Assembly: GCA_965205975.1 (NCBI GenBank)
Contig: OZ242195.1
Span: 3,616,001 to 3,680,000 of the forward strand
Direction: 5' to 3'
Source of the DNA: Candidatus Latescibacterota bacterium
GTDB taxonomy: Bacteria; Latescibacterota; UBA2968
Length of the DNA: 64,000 bases
The position numbers were made by a program, and so were the translations under genes. The notes beneath the pieces are model-generated. The model saw nothing but the letters and a program-made list of their open reading frames with translations. It made no database searches and was not told where the DNA came from. Below are positions 39,135-48,758 of the stretch, piece after piece (within the stretch, counting starts at the first letter, position 1; every line of letters starts with the position of its first letter).

Positions 39135-39679
39135 AGCCCCTCCTTTTTAAGTCCCAACCGAATCAACAACTCCGACGGCGCATCAATAGCGCGCAATTTC
39201 TCAACCATCAAGCTCTGCATACGGGCCAGAGCATCTGATTCACCATCGGCGAGATCATTCTCCTGATCGGGATCCGAAGGCATGTGATACAACCGCGTCT
39301 TGTGCTTCTCGGGATGTCGCGCAGGCGTCTGCTTGCTCCGAAGCACATCGGCACCCCAATCAAACTGATTCCGATTCGCAATAATACTCGAATACGCATA
39401 CACCGGCGGATTGGACTCATCCACCCCCTGCAACAGCACATACTCCCCATCGGTAATATTGCATGTCCCCGAAAACTGCCCGTACAAAATCGCATCGCGC
39501 CCGGGCGCATCCTCATCCCGCAGAAACGGCAGCGTGGGATACGAAGCCAAATACGCATTCTCAAAAACCGCGCCCCGCTCGGCAAAACGATCTATATTCG
39601 GCGTATGAATCCGAGAATTGTCATAACACCCCACGTGATCTCGACGCCAGGTATCCAGCACAATCAGAATAACATTCAT
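39116..39679 (-). pseudogene. Internally deleted sulfatase
   Basis: Sulfatase N-terminus (NVILIVLDT.RRD..GCY...TPNID) joined directly to a sulfatase C-terminus; the xxPxR motif and core are missing. Confidence 0.7.
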
Positions 39680-39708
39680 AAAACACTCCTTATGTATTTT
39701 GTTGTGAC

Positions 39709-39733
39709 GGGCGACCACGAGGGTCGCCCCTAC
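39709..39733. repeat. GTAG-type REP-like palindrome
   Basis: GGGCGACC-ACGAG-GGTCGCCC-CTAC. Confidence 0.8.
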
Positions 39734-40414
39734 TCATGTATTCAAAACCTCTTCTACTCGTATCCTCAGATCCGCCGCAGAACCATCCGCGGCATTGAGC
39801 ACCACAGGACCATCATAACCATTCGCCTTGAGCGTGCGGACCACATCCACATCATCCTCCCCAATCGTCACCATCCCGATACGTTCCACATACTTATCCA
39901 CAATCCCAACAGCGTTATCAACATCCATCGCATTGAGCCAGACATGTGCGCGCTCGGGCAAATCGGGCATCAAAGCGTCAAAATCCGCAGCACTTTCCAA
40001 ACACGTATCCACCCCATTCCCTATATTCAGCGTCACATCGGGAATACTTTCAAGCAACGCCTGCACACCGCTCACCAGAGCATCGCGCGCCTCGCGGGAA
40101 CGCGCACCACAGAGAAAACTCGCACACCGCAAACGAAGCGCCCGCGCCAGATGAACATCCCACTCAACCTGCCGCAAATTGGAACCCGGATCATCGCGCA
40201 CATGTAACCCCATCAACGCCACCCCCGCATCGTCAAAATAATCGCGAATCATCCGCACCGACGCATCTGGATGAAAAGGCGAACTCGCCGTAAACGCACA
40301 ATGCAACACCATAGCATCAAAACCCGCTGCCTTCGCAATCTTCAAGGCAGCGGGCAACACAGCTTTTGGACACATAACAGGATCAAAACACAAACGCAAA
40401 ATAAGCCTCCTCAC
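39734..40414 (-). CDS. Degenerate xylose-isomerase-like TIM barrel protein
   Basis: AL..A..AGFD and L...GYDG.V.L layout, but the metal ligands appear substituted; start uncertain. Confidence 0.55.
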   Translation of the reverse strand: MRRLILRLCFDPVMCPKAVLPAALKIAKAAGFDAMVLHCAFTASSPFHPDASVRMIRDYFDDAGVALMGLHVRDDPGSNLRQVEWDVHLARALRLRCASFLCGARSREARDALVSGVQALLESIPDVTLNIGNGVDTCLESAADFDALMPDLPERAHVWLNAMDVDNAVGIVDKYVERIGMVTIGEDDVDVVRTLKANGYDGPVVLNAADGSAADLRIRVEEVLNT

Positions 40415-40439
40415 CTCTTAGCGATCAGCTAAAAATCCC

Positions 40440-40471
40440 CTGGATTGCGGCTTTAAGCATGCCGCAATGAC
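40440..40471. repeat. CTGGATTGCGGC...GCCGCAATGAC repeat, copy 4 (no insert)
   Basis: CTGGATTGCGGC-TTTAAGCAT-GCCGCAATGAC; followed by CACTTC-type short repeats. Confidence 0.85.
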
Positions 40472-40509
40472 AATCTTACTTCACACTTCTTCCTTCACAC
40501 TTCCTACTT

Positions 40510-41289
40510 CTACATCCCCTCCCAATACGCCCACATATCATCCGGATCTTCAAACTTCAGATCATCCCAATTCGTCCACCGAAAACGCGTAATAATCGCC
40601 ATGCGAATCTCATCGCTACAATTCATACTCGCGCTGTGAATCAAATGACTGTGCCAGAGCATCGCGGATCCCGCCGGCCCTGAAATCTCCTCATAATCAT
40701 CCTCATCCCAATCGAGAATCTCCAGCGGCCTCGTCGAACGCGGCTCCCCCTCGTAAATCGGCAACGCGTAAAACGCCTTACCCAGACTCACCCGCGAATG
40801 GGTCTTAAAATAATCCGCCATGTGTTTATGCGTCCCTGGCCACACGCAGGTACCTCCGCCCTGGGGCTTCACATCATTGAGATACAGCGTAATCCCCACC
40901 GTCCAATTATTCACAACACCGCTACCAAGCCCGTGACCATCCATATGATTACCCCTGGGACCTACCCATTCCCCACCCTGTGGAAACCGCAAATTCGCCG
41001 ACGTAATTGGCGGATGCAAAGGCGCCAGCCGCCCCTTACCCGCCAGCTCCTCAACCATACTGTACAGCGGCGAATCGTAAATCAGCGCGTGAAATGCCGC
41101 GTGACCATCCATCCCCTGAGACCCCTCTTTCCCAACCCACGTAGAAGGATCATTGCGATCCACAGGCAGATGATCCCAGATCACATCTCGCGCGGCTTCC
41201 ATCTGCTCGGGCGTCACCACATCGCGTTTGATCACATAGCCCTTCTCCCGAAACACCTCTTTATCATCAACCGTCAAATACGCCATCAC
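40510..41289 (-). CDS. PhyH family dioxygenase
   Basis: HMD, YLNDV...GGGT.VWPGTH, LIHSA..N....R. Confidence 0.88.
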   Translation of the reverse strand: MMAYLTVDDKEVFREKGYVIKRDVVTPEQMEAARDVIWDHLPVDRNDPSTWVGKEGSQGMDGHAAFHALIYDSPLYSMVEELAGKGRLAPLHPPITSANLRFPQGGEWVGPRGNHMDGHGLGSGVVNNWTVGITLYLNDVKPQGGGTCVWPGTHKHMADYFKTHSRVSLGKAFYALPIYEGEPRSTRPLEILDWDEDDYEEISGPAGSAMLWHSHLIHSASMNCSDEIRMAIITRFRWTNWDDLKFEDPDDMWAYWEGM

Positions 41290-42740
41290 ACACTCCTTCC
41301 ATCGGCGATATACCGCTCGACCATCTCTCTGAACTCGCGCACAATACCCGGTTCCTGGTTAAACTTATTATACGACTCAAACGGATCATCCCCCATATGA
41401 TAAAGCTGACCCCTCGCCCCCGGCACAGGACCCGTGCCTGCACACCCATCCACACCGCGCCCCATATCTCCAGAATTATCGCAATCGACAATCAACTTCC
41501 AATCCCCTCGCCGAATCGAAAACACCCCCATGCAGGAATGGTGTATCAAATCATCCCGAACAGGCTCGTTCACACTCATCAACGCGGGCAAAAAACTCGC
41601 ACTATCTTCACCCGCATCTTCTGGAAGCGTCTCCCCCACAATATCCGCCACCGTCGCCATAAAATCCTGCAACCCGACCAGCGCATCGCAAACCGAATTG
41701 GGCGCAACAACACCCGGCCAGCGCGCGATAAACGGCTCTCTGTGTCCTCCCTCCCAGATAAACCCCTTAAAACCGCGCCAATCACCGCAAGACTTGTGAC
41801 CATACGTGCGACCATCACAACCCGGCAAAGCACCATTATCACTCGTCACAATAACCAGCGTATCATCCGCCAACCCACAGCGATCCAGCGCATCCATCAC
41901 CTGCCCCACCATCCAGTCAAACAGCGCGACCATATCCCCCCGGGGACCTGCCTCACTCGCACCGCGCAAAAACTCCGGCACACATTCGACCGTACACGGT
42001 TCATGCGGCGCAGAAGCCGCCAGATAGAGAAAAAATGGCGTATCTTCATCCCTCGCCCGCTCCTCAATATACGCCACAGCCTCCTCTGTAAAAGCCGGAT
42101 CCGCCTCCTTGTGGTCCCAATCCGGAACCATCAACCCGCGCCGACCACCCGCCATCTCAACCGGCTTTTGCACACTCGGAATACCCACCGTCTGATCCTG
42201 ATCGATAAAACAATAAGGCGGTTGCGCTGTCGAACAACCCGATGTCCCGTAAAACCTATCAAACCCCAGCTCAATCGGTCCGCCAGCAATCGGCTTTGAA
42301 AAATCAATCTTATCTTCCTCAACCGGATCGGGTGATCCACCCGGCCACGGCAGGGGCTGATCAAAATCAAACACCTCACCATCCTTCACACCCCAGCCCA
42401 AACCCAAATGCCACTTGCCAAAACACCCCGTGTGATATCCACACTTCTTCAACAAAGAAGCCACCGTCATACGCTCGGGTTCAATCAATGGCAGTTCGTA
42501 ATTGAACAACACATGGGCCTTCAACTCTGTGCGCCAGCAATAACGCCCGGTCAAAATCCCGTATCGCGTGGGCGTACACACCGCCGAAGGCGAATGTGCA
42601 TCTGTAAACCGCATCCCCTCGCGCGCCAACCGATCCATATACGGCGTGGGAATCTTCGACTGCGGATTATAACACCCCACATCCCCATAGCCCATATCAT
42701 CGGCGAGGATATAAACAATATTCGGACGTGTATTTCGCAT
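41286..42740 (-). CDS. Arylsulfatase
   Basis: PNIVYILADDMGYGD, CTPTRYGILTGR, GKWHLG, SDNG, EGGHR. Confidence 0.93.
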   Translation of the reverse strand: MRNTRPNIVYILADDMGYGDVGCYNPQSKIPTPYMDRLAREGMRFTDAHSPSAVCTPTRYGILTGRYCWRTELKAHVLFNYELPLIEPERMTVASLLKKCGYHTGCFGKWHLGLGWGVKDGEVFDFDQPLPWPGGSPDPVEEDKIDFSKPIAGGPIELGFDRFYGTSGCSTAQPPYCFIDQDQTVGIPSVQKPVEMAGGRRGLMVPDWDHKEADPAFTEEAVAYIEERARDEDTPFFLYLAASAPHEPCTVECVPEFLRGASEAGPRGDMVALFDWMVGQVMDALDRCGLADDTLVIVTSDNGALPGCDGRTYGHKSCGDWRGFKGFIWEGGHREPFIARWPGVVAPNSVCDALVGLQDFMATVADIVGETLPEDAGEDSASFLPALMSVNEPVRDDLIHHSCMGVFSIRRGDWKLIVDCDNSGDMGRGVDGCAGTGPVPGARGQLYHMGDDPFESYNKFNQEPGIVREFREMVERYIADGRSV

Positions 42741-42742
42741 CT

Positions 42743-43153
42743 CTAATCCCTCATATTGATCCACGGTTCATCCCCTGACACATCGACCAGCACCTCACCA
42801 TCGAATTTAGCCGGAGACAAAATCGCCAGAAAAACCAGATCCTCATCCCCGGCATTATACGTCCCATGCACCATATCCATCGGAATATGCGCCGCATCTC
42901 CCGGACCCAGAATTTGCGAATCCCTACCCACCCACTGTTCCGCCGTCCCCGAAATCACATAAATAATCTCTTCCATACACGGATGGCGATGAAACGCGTG
43001 CGCATTGCCTGGCGGCATCGTCACCCGCACCAGCAACAAATGATCCGCCTCGGTCAACCCCTCCCGACTGATCCACTCGTGCGGCCCCCACGGCAATTCC
43101 TCCACCTGCACATCGCCTTGCCTGATAAACCTGAGTACATGGGATTTTGACAT
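42743..43153 (-). CDS. Cupin domain protein
   Basis: H.FHRHP..EEIIYV..G and G...HIP....H. Confidence 0.88.
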   Translation of the reverse strand: MSKSHVLRFIRQGDVQVEELPWGPHEWISREGLTEADHLLLVRVTMPPGNAHAFHRHPCMEEIIYVISGTAEQWVGRDSQILGPGDAAHIPMDMVHGTYNAGDEDLVFLAILSPAKFDGEVLVDVSGDEPWINMRD

Positions 43154-43175
43154 CGGCGCACTCCTTCTCGCGCTT

Positions 43176-43410
43176 AATAAGACTGGAATTAGCCAAAATA
43201 AGCCAAATATTTTATTTACAATTAATTATATCAATAAATTCAAGAATAAGACTGAATAAGACCGAATGAGCCAAACCATTTATTAACAAATGGTTATATC
43301 ATATCAATTCGAGAATAAGACCTAATAAGCCAAACTTGAGCCAAACTTGAGCCAAACTTGAGCCAAACTTGAGCCAAACTTGAGCCAAACTTGAGCCAAA
43401 CTTGAGCCAA
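43176..43410. repeat. Composite tandem repeat: 69-bp period units followed by an 11-bp VNTR
   Basis: AATAAGAC starts at 43176, 43245 and 43314; (AGCCAAACTTG)x7.5 at 43328-43410. Confidence 0.9.
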
Positions 43411-43419
43411 CACCTCAAG

Positions 43420-44814
43420 TTATAAACGGTTCCACCTTGCATCCCACCCACGACCTGTGGACACCGCCAGCCCAAGCATCTTCAAAATAGCTAAATCTTC
43501 CCGCACCTGCCTTTGGCTGGCCTGCAACTTCATCTGGGCATATATCTCGCGCAATGCCAGACCTTGACCAGCATGATCCAGCATGACAAGAATCGCTTGT
43601 TGTCGCTCGGTCAAGTCTCGCCCTACGCGCTGAGGCGGCACGTATTGGCTGGGGCGAAAGCGCACCGTCACGCAACTGGACACATCCTCAATCTCGGGTT
43701 TTGGCAGACCGGCAGATGTTGTCAACTCTGCCATCTTGAGCGTGCCGCGTCCCCATTGCTCAATGATACCACGTCGGTAGAATACACCAGCGATCAAGGG
43801 ATTCCAGGGTAGCGACTCGTGCGTCTCAAACAATTTCTCCGCAGTCAACCCAAAATGCAGCGAACCAGACGAAGTCACCTCAAGACGGTCATCGTATATC
43901 GCCACGGCCACTGAGCCACCGCCGATTGAGTAATCCCGATGGCACAGTGCGTTCGCCAATGCCTCGCGCAACGCGACCGGTGGATAGAGCGGCTCATCCA
44001 CCCTCTCAAAGATATTTGGAATGATACGCCCCGCTATGGGCAAGTTTTCGATCATAAAACGCTCTGCTCTTGTAAGCAAGGTGAAAGCATTCCCGCGAAA
44101 CTGTCGATTGTCGAGAAAATCCGTACGATCAACGCCGCGAAAACGGGCAACTCGGAGCAGACACTGCGGCATCTCAGCCTCAATCCGCTCAGTAGTCCCA
44201 AACAGCACAACCGCGGCACGCAATAATACGCCGCCTTTGATTAACCCAAGACCCCGCAACAACGCCTCTGGATCGCGTGTCCCCGGATCCTCGGCGCGTC
44301 CTCGGCGGATTGCTTCATCAACTGTGCGATGGATCTCAGATATGTCGAGATCATCAACTGACCAGTCGGTGGCAGGTTGATTCTCCCAACGTTGTTCGCT
44401 GTGCATCCGTTCGAACAACATTTGATTGTATTCATCACGCGACATACTCAAATTGGTATTCCCAACCCGGCGATAGGCGATGCCTCTGTAGCTGTAAGGC
44501 TTCATCTGACCTTGACTAACGCTCACCACAATCACCTCCCGACCTTCCCCCCCAGGAACCCGCTCAATTGCGGGAAAAGCCGGTGGATCAAGCTGCTGGA
44601 TCTCCTCACTCACATCCTCAACCGTGCGATCACTCACCTGCTGGCCGGTCACTTTTCCTCCCGGCGTAACACCAAACAGGACATTTCCTCCCCGATGATT
44701 GAGCATGGCACAAACAGTTTGAGTAGCCTCACGGCGTCTTCCAGTCGTCTGCTTGAACTCCAGCGTCTCGGACTCGCCAGTTGCAATTAGAGATGTGATG
44801 TACTCAAGCGTCAT
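43420..44814 (-). CDS. Schlafen/AlbA_2 + HATPase_c_4 + HTH protein
   Basis: GESETLEFK...VCAMLN..GG....GV, ALREALANALCHRDY, EQWGRG, C-terminal wHTH. Confidence 0.87.
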   Translation of the reverse strand: MTLEYITSLIATGESETLEFKQTTGRRREATQTVCAMLNHRGGNVLFGVTPGGKVTGQQVSDRTVEDVSEEIQQLDPPAFPAIERVPGGEGREVIVVSVSQGQMKPYSYRGIAYRRVGNTNLSMSRDEYNQMLFERMHSEQRWENQPATDWSVDDLDISEIHRTVDEAIRRGRAEDPGTRDPEALLRGLGLIKGGVLLRAAVVLFGTTERIEAEMPQCLLRVARFRGVDRTDFLDNRQFRGNAFTLLTRAERFMIENLPIAGRIIPNIFERVDEPLYPPVALREALANALCHRDYSIGGGSVAVAIYDDRLEVTSSGSLHFGLTAEKLFETHESLPWNPLIAGVFYRRGIIEQWGRGTLKMAELTTSAGLPKPEIEDVSSCVTVRFRPSQYVPPQRVGRDLTERQQAILVMLDHAGQGLALREIYAQMKLQASQRQVREDLAILKMLGLAVSTGRGWDARWNRL

Positions 44815-44881
44815 GGACGAATCTCCGCATTGCGTCGCCTAATCTTGATCTACTTAGTCAGATATGAGGTCTCAATTTCTC

Positions 44882-46381
44882 TCAAATCAAATCGCGCGCA
44901 TCGACAATAGCTTTCAGCTTTGCCTCCGCCACACTTGCCGAAGCCACGGGATTATCGGCGAACGTGGCAAAACCGCAATCCGGTGTCAGCAAAACGCGCG
45001 CTTCTCCAAACAGATTGATCGCCTCTGAAATTCGCCGCCGAATATCTTCCACCAACTCCACCGAATCCAGCTTCTGATTCACCACACCAACCCCTACGCG
45101 CTTATCGTCCGGAACCGCTTTCAACACACCCACATCACCAGCCCGCTCGGTACAAAGCTCCAGAAACAGCGACCCCACATCCACCCGCTTCAGCACATCC
45201 ATCAGCGCACCATACCCCCCGGAAAGCGCCGCGGACTCATCCCGCGTCCAATTGCCCCGGCACATATGCAACCCCAGCCGCTCCCCCGGCAAACCCCGCA
45301 CAACCTCATTCAAAAGGCCGACCGCAAAATCGAGCTCCACCGACGCCTCTAACTTCTCGCTCAAAGCCCCACACATAAAACTGCGATTCCCGGTCGCACC
45401 CCCAAAAACCACCTCTGTCAAAACCGGCTCATCGAACTGCACCAGCGCAACACCCGCCGCCAGCAAAAAATGCACCTCCTCCCGCAAAACCCGCACCACA
45501 TCCCGCGCCAATTCATCCCGCGACTCGTACGGACGCTCCCTGAGACAATCCAGCCACATCGTACGCGTCAGCAAATAAGGCCCGGGCAGCGCCACCTTTA
45601 TCGGCTTATCCGAACAAGAACTCGCAAACTCAAACTCGTGAACCGCCAGCGGGCGACTCCGCCCCAACTTCCCGTACACCACCGGATGCCGCACCTCAGC
45701 CGCCGGAACATCCAGCGCGCGCAGCTCCCGCTCAAACTTCTCCGAATCATCCACCATCGCCGTCAAATCGCTCAGCGGAATAAGCTGGCAATTATCCAGC
45801 AACCCACCCACAAAACTCGCATAACTATCCCGACGCTGCTCCCCATCCGTCAGCACATCAACCCCCGCGCGAGACTGCGCCCCAATACAAAGCCGCACCG
45901 CATCATCCGCCGTCGCCTGAAACTCTGCCTCATCCAACCTGCCCTCGAGCCGATCATGCACCGCCTGCAGCATCCAGCGAGGACGCGGCCAACTCCCAAT
46001 CCCCATAACAGACAACGGCGCAATCCCCGGCGCGGGCGCAGGACCCGGCAGCGACTCGGGAATCGTCACCGCCACCCGAAGTTGCTCCCCAACAGAAGCC
46101 ACAGCCCACCCGCGATCCTCAAACGGCCCCTTGCAAACGAGATAACTGCGCTGCCGCCCCACCTTTGTCCACGACACCAACTCATTGCTCGTCAACCGAC
46201 ACCATGCGGGCAACTCGACCTCAACCGTCGCATCCGTCGATAAAATCTCCAGCAACCCACCGCGCGCCAGCGGGTCAATATGCCGGCGAATCAGCAATAA
46301 CAAACCGCCGCCGCAATCCAAATCTCCACCGTCAAAACTGACATCGGACGCATATTTGTGTCGTTCTATCGGCTCCAACAC
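44882..46381 (-). CDS. TusA-domain / cobalamin-independent methionine synthase (MetE C-terminal half) fusion
   Basis: N-terminal DGGDLDCG...LPAWCR TusA-like domain, Pro-rich linker, then IGSWPRP, TDGEQRR, QFDEP, LHMCRGN, LFLE, TPDCGF. Confidence 0.85.
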   Translation of the reverse strand: MLEPIERHKYASDVSFDGGDLDCGGGLLLLIRRHIDPLARGGLLEILSTDATVEVELPAWCRLTSNELVSWTKVGRQRSYLVCKGPFEDRGWAVASVGEQLRVAVTIPESLPGPAPAPGIAPLSVMGIGSWPRPRWMLQAVHDRLEGRLDEAEFQATADDAVRLCIGAQSRAGVDVLTDGEQRRDSYASFVGGLLDNCQLIPLSDLTAMVDDSEKFERELRALDVPAAEVRHPVVYGKLGRSRPLAVHEFEFASSCSDKPIKVALPGPYLLTRTMWLDCLRERPYESRDELARDVVRVLREEVHFLLAAGVALVQFDEPVLTEVVFGGATGNRSFMCGALSEKLEASVELDFAVGLLNEVVRGLPGERLGLHMCRGNWTRDESAALSGGYGALMDVLKRVDVGSLFLELCTERAGDVGVLKAVPDDKRVGVGVVNQKLDSVELVEDIRRRISEAINLFGEARVLLTPDCGFATFADNPVASASVAEAKLKAIVDARDLI

Positions 46382-46386
46382 ACCTC

Positions 46387-46749
46387 CTAATACGTAATAC
46401 AGGGCGTCCCATCGGAAAGAAACTCCACCAGCGCAGCGCCCCCAACCATAATTGCCCCATCGACCAGATTATTTTCATCCAAACCGCGCTTCTTAAAACA
46501 CGGCGCACACACGTAAATCGTCCCACCACCACCCACAAACAAATCCATAAGATCCTTCAGCGGCAAAAAACCCTCCTCTGCCACATCGTCGGCATAGCCC
46601 TTCTGGGAAAGCCGAACGCCCTCCGTAGTCATAAAAAGGAGCGTCTCCTTCTCCGATCCCAGCGCGGCATTGGCAACTACAAAAGCCACAGTCGCTTTAT
46701 CCGTATCGTCCTTCGCACAAGTCAAACTAACACAGAATTTTCCAGCCAC
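46387..46749 (-). CDS. DsrE family protein
   Basis: AF.VANAA, LF...EGV.L, YVCAPC..KRG, G..M.G. Confidence 0.85.
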   Translation of the reverse strand: MAGKFCVSLTCAKDDTDKATVAFVVANAALGSEKETLLFMTTEGVRLSQKGYADDVAEEGFLPLKDLMDLFVGGGGTIYVCAPCFKKRGLDENNLVDGAIMVGGAALVEFLSDGTPCITY

Positions 46750-46764
46750 TTATTTCTCCTTATA

Positions 46765-47010
46765 TTATTTTAGTTTCTCTTCTATCCAGTAAAACGGGTG
46801 ATCCGCACGAACCATCCGCCGCCCAGTCATGCGGCACCAGGCGGGCAAATCAACAGGCGCGCCCGGATCATAAGCCGTAAGCTTCAAAACCTCGCCCTCC
46901 TCGAGCTTTTGCATCCGCATTCGAAGCAAAATAATAACCTCGCCGCACCCCATGTGTCCCGCATCCCATTCATCGGCTGCGACAATATCTCGTTCATCCG
47001 ACATCTTCAC
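46765..47010 (-). CDS. TusA family sulfur carrier
   Basis: DAGHMGCGE, DPGA..DLPAWCRMTG. Confidence 0.88.
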   Translation of the reverse strand: MKMSDERDIVAADEWDAGHMGCGEVIILLRMRMQKLEEGEVLKLTAYDPGAPVDLPAWCRMTGRRMVRADHPFYWIEEKLK

Positions 47011-48383
47011 TCCTGCGGCAATTCCTCGGCACTAATATCGATCTCCTCGATCAACCGCGCCAGATCTGCTTCTACCTCTGCCTGCACATCGGCATACGCC
47101 GGATCGCCGTACACACTCGTCATCTCCCAGGGATCCTTTTCCAAATCGAACAAATCGCGCTCGCCCGTTCGATGTACCGCGAGCGTATAATTTTGCGTAC
47201 GCACGCCATAGTGCTTCGTCGGCCCATCCCAATACGCATAAAAAGCCGACTGCCGCCAATCCTCTATCGTCTCCCCCTCACACAGCGCGCGAAAACTTCT
47301 GCCCTGCACCTGTGCATCGGGTTGCAACCCGGCAAAATCGAGATACGTCGCGCCAAAATCTACATTCACCACAATATCCTCATTCACCGAACCCGGCGCA
47401 ATCGCCCCTGGATACCGCATCACATAAGGCATGAGAAGCGACTCCTCCAGAATCAAACGCTTATCAAAATACGAATGCTCGCCCAAAAACATACCCTGAT
47501 CAGAAGTATATACCACAATCGTATTCTCCGTCAACCCCTCCTCATCCAGATAATCCAGCAACCGCCCCACACCCTCATCAATCGCCGTAATACACCGCAA
47601 ATAATCCTTTACATACTTCTGATAAGCCGCATGAATCTTCTCCGTCGTATTCATCCCCGTCGTATCCAACCGCCCCGTAGGCCACGCTCTTCCCCGGACG
47701 CCCTCATCCATCCGCTCGGCCTGCGAGAGCATCGTGCGGTGATGATTCTCCAACGCGCTGGACACCTTGTCAAACGGCTTATACAAATTCGACGGCTCGG
47801 GCAAATCCCCATCCGCAAACAAATCCGCATGACGAGGCGCGTACTCCCACAAACCATGGGGCGCTTTGTGGTGACACAGCATCAAAAAGGGCTTATCCGG
47901 ATCGCGAGCCTTCAACCAGTTGAGCGACAAATCCGTAATAATATCCGTCGCGTACCCCTCGTACTGCGTCGGCTCGCCATTGCGCGTAAACGACGGATCA
48001 AAATAAGCCCCCTGTCCCGGCAACACCTCCCAATAATCAAACCCATCCGGCTCAGACCCCAAATGCCACTTACCCGCAATACCCGTTTGATATCCAGAAG
48101 CCTGCAACTGCCGCACAAAATTGGGGTGATCGTCACTCAGCGGTTGATTCAACCGCAACACCCCATTTTTATGGCTATATTGCCCCGTAATAATACTCGC
48201 CCTGCTCGGCGAACACAGCGCATTATTGCAAATACAATTGTCAAACCGCATCCCCTCACGAGCGATGCGGTCAATATTCGGTGTATCCACCACCTCATTC
48301 AGCCATCCGTTATAACAACTGATGGCATTCACGGTATGATCATCAGACATAATGTAGAGAATATTGGGACGTGGATCAGACAT
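47007..48383 (-). CDS. Sulfatase
   Basis: Own GGAGG RBS and ATG at 48383; PNILYIMSDDH, CSPSRASIITG, GKWHL, SDQG. Confidence 0.9.
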   Translation of the reverse strand: MSDPRPNILYIMSDDHTVNAISCYNGWLNEVVDTPNIDRIAREGMRFDNCICNNALCSPSRASIITGQYSHKNGVLRLNQPLSDDHPNFVRQLQASGYQTGIAGKWHLGSEPDGFDYWEVLPGQGAYFDPSFTRNGEPTQYEGYATDIITDLSLNWLKARDPDKPFLMLCHHKAPHGLWEYAPRHADLFADGDLPEPSNLYKPFDKVSSALENHHRTMLSQAERMDEGVRGRAWPTGRLDTTGMNTTEKIHAAYQKYVKDYLRCITAIDEGVGRLLDYLDEEGLTENTIVVYTSDQGMFLGEHSYFDKRLILEESLLMPYVMRYPGAIAPGSVNEDIVVNVDFGATYLDFAGLQPDAQVQGRSFRALCEGETIEDWRQSAFYAYWDGPTKHYGVRTQNYTLAVHRTGERDLFDLEKDPWEMTSVYGDPAYADVQAEVEADLARLIEEIDISAEELPQE

Positions 48384-48758
48384 TAAAATTCCTCCAGTGG
48401 TTAAGTGTAGCACTCCCGATTCATGGCGTATGATTTCCTCAATTTGTAAGACTACGCCGGGCAATTCGACAATAACAATGTTCCACACAATATCAAAATT
48501 AACACCAAAATAATGATGAATGAGTCTGTCCCTGACGCCCGCCATACTTTTCCAAGGGACATTTGGATATTTGGTACGAAGTTCTGTGGATAGATTTTTA
48601 GTCGCTTCTCCAATAATTTCCAGATTGCGTATCACGGCATCCTGCGTCCTCGTATCCGACAAAAACGTTTCATAAGTCATTCCAGCCGTATAGACTTTTA
48701 TCCGCCGTGCGGCTTCTCGAATATCACTCAGAAAGTCTATATTTGTTCGATTAGACAT
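48384..48758 (-). CDS. hepT: HepT/DUF86 HEPN RNase toxin, reading in frame into the downstream sulfatase
   Basis: DAVIRNLEIIGEA, PW..M.G.RDRLIHHYF; no stop codon before the sulfatase ATG. Confidence 0.85.

Noticed and set aside
43176..43410. CRISPR array
   Set aside because: The 11-bp units have no spacers, the 69-bp units have mutually similar spacers, and no cas genes are present.
46387..47010. Selenocysteine recoding in TusA/DsrE
   Set aside because: The motif positions are ordinary Cys codons with no in-frame TGA.
47172..48386. Long plus-strand ORFs (also 17295-18218, 20484-21551, 41397-42299, 52586-53515, 59115-60059)
   Set aside because: Antisense shadows of motif-supported minus-strand genes, with no recognisable domains.
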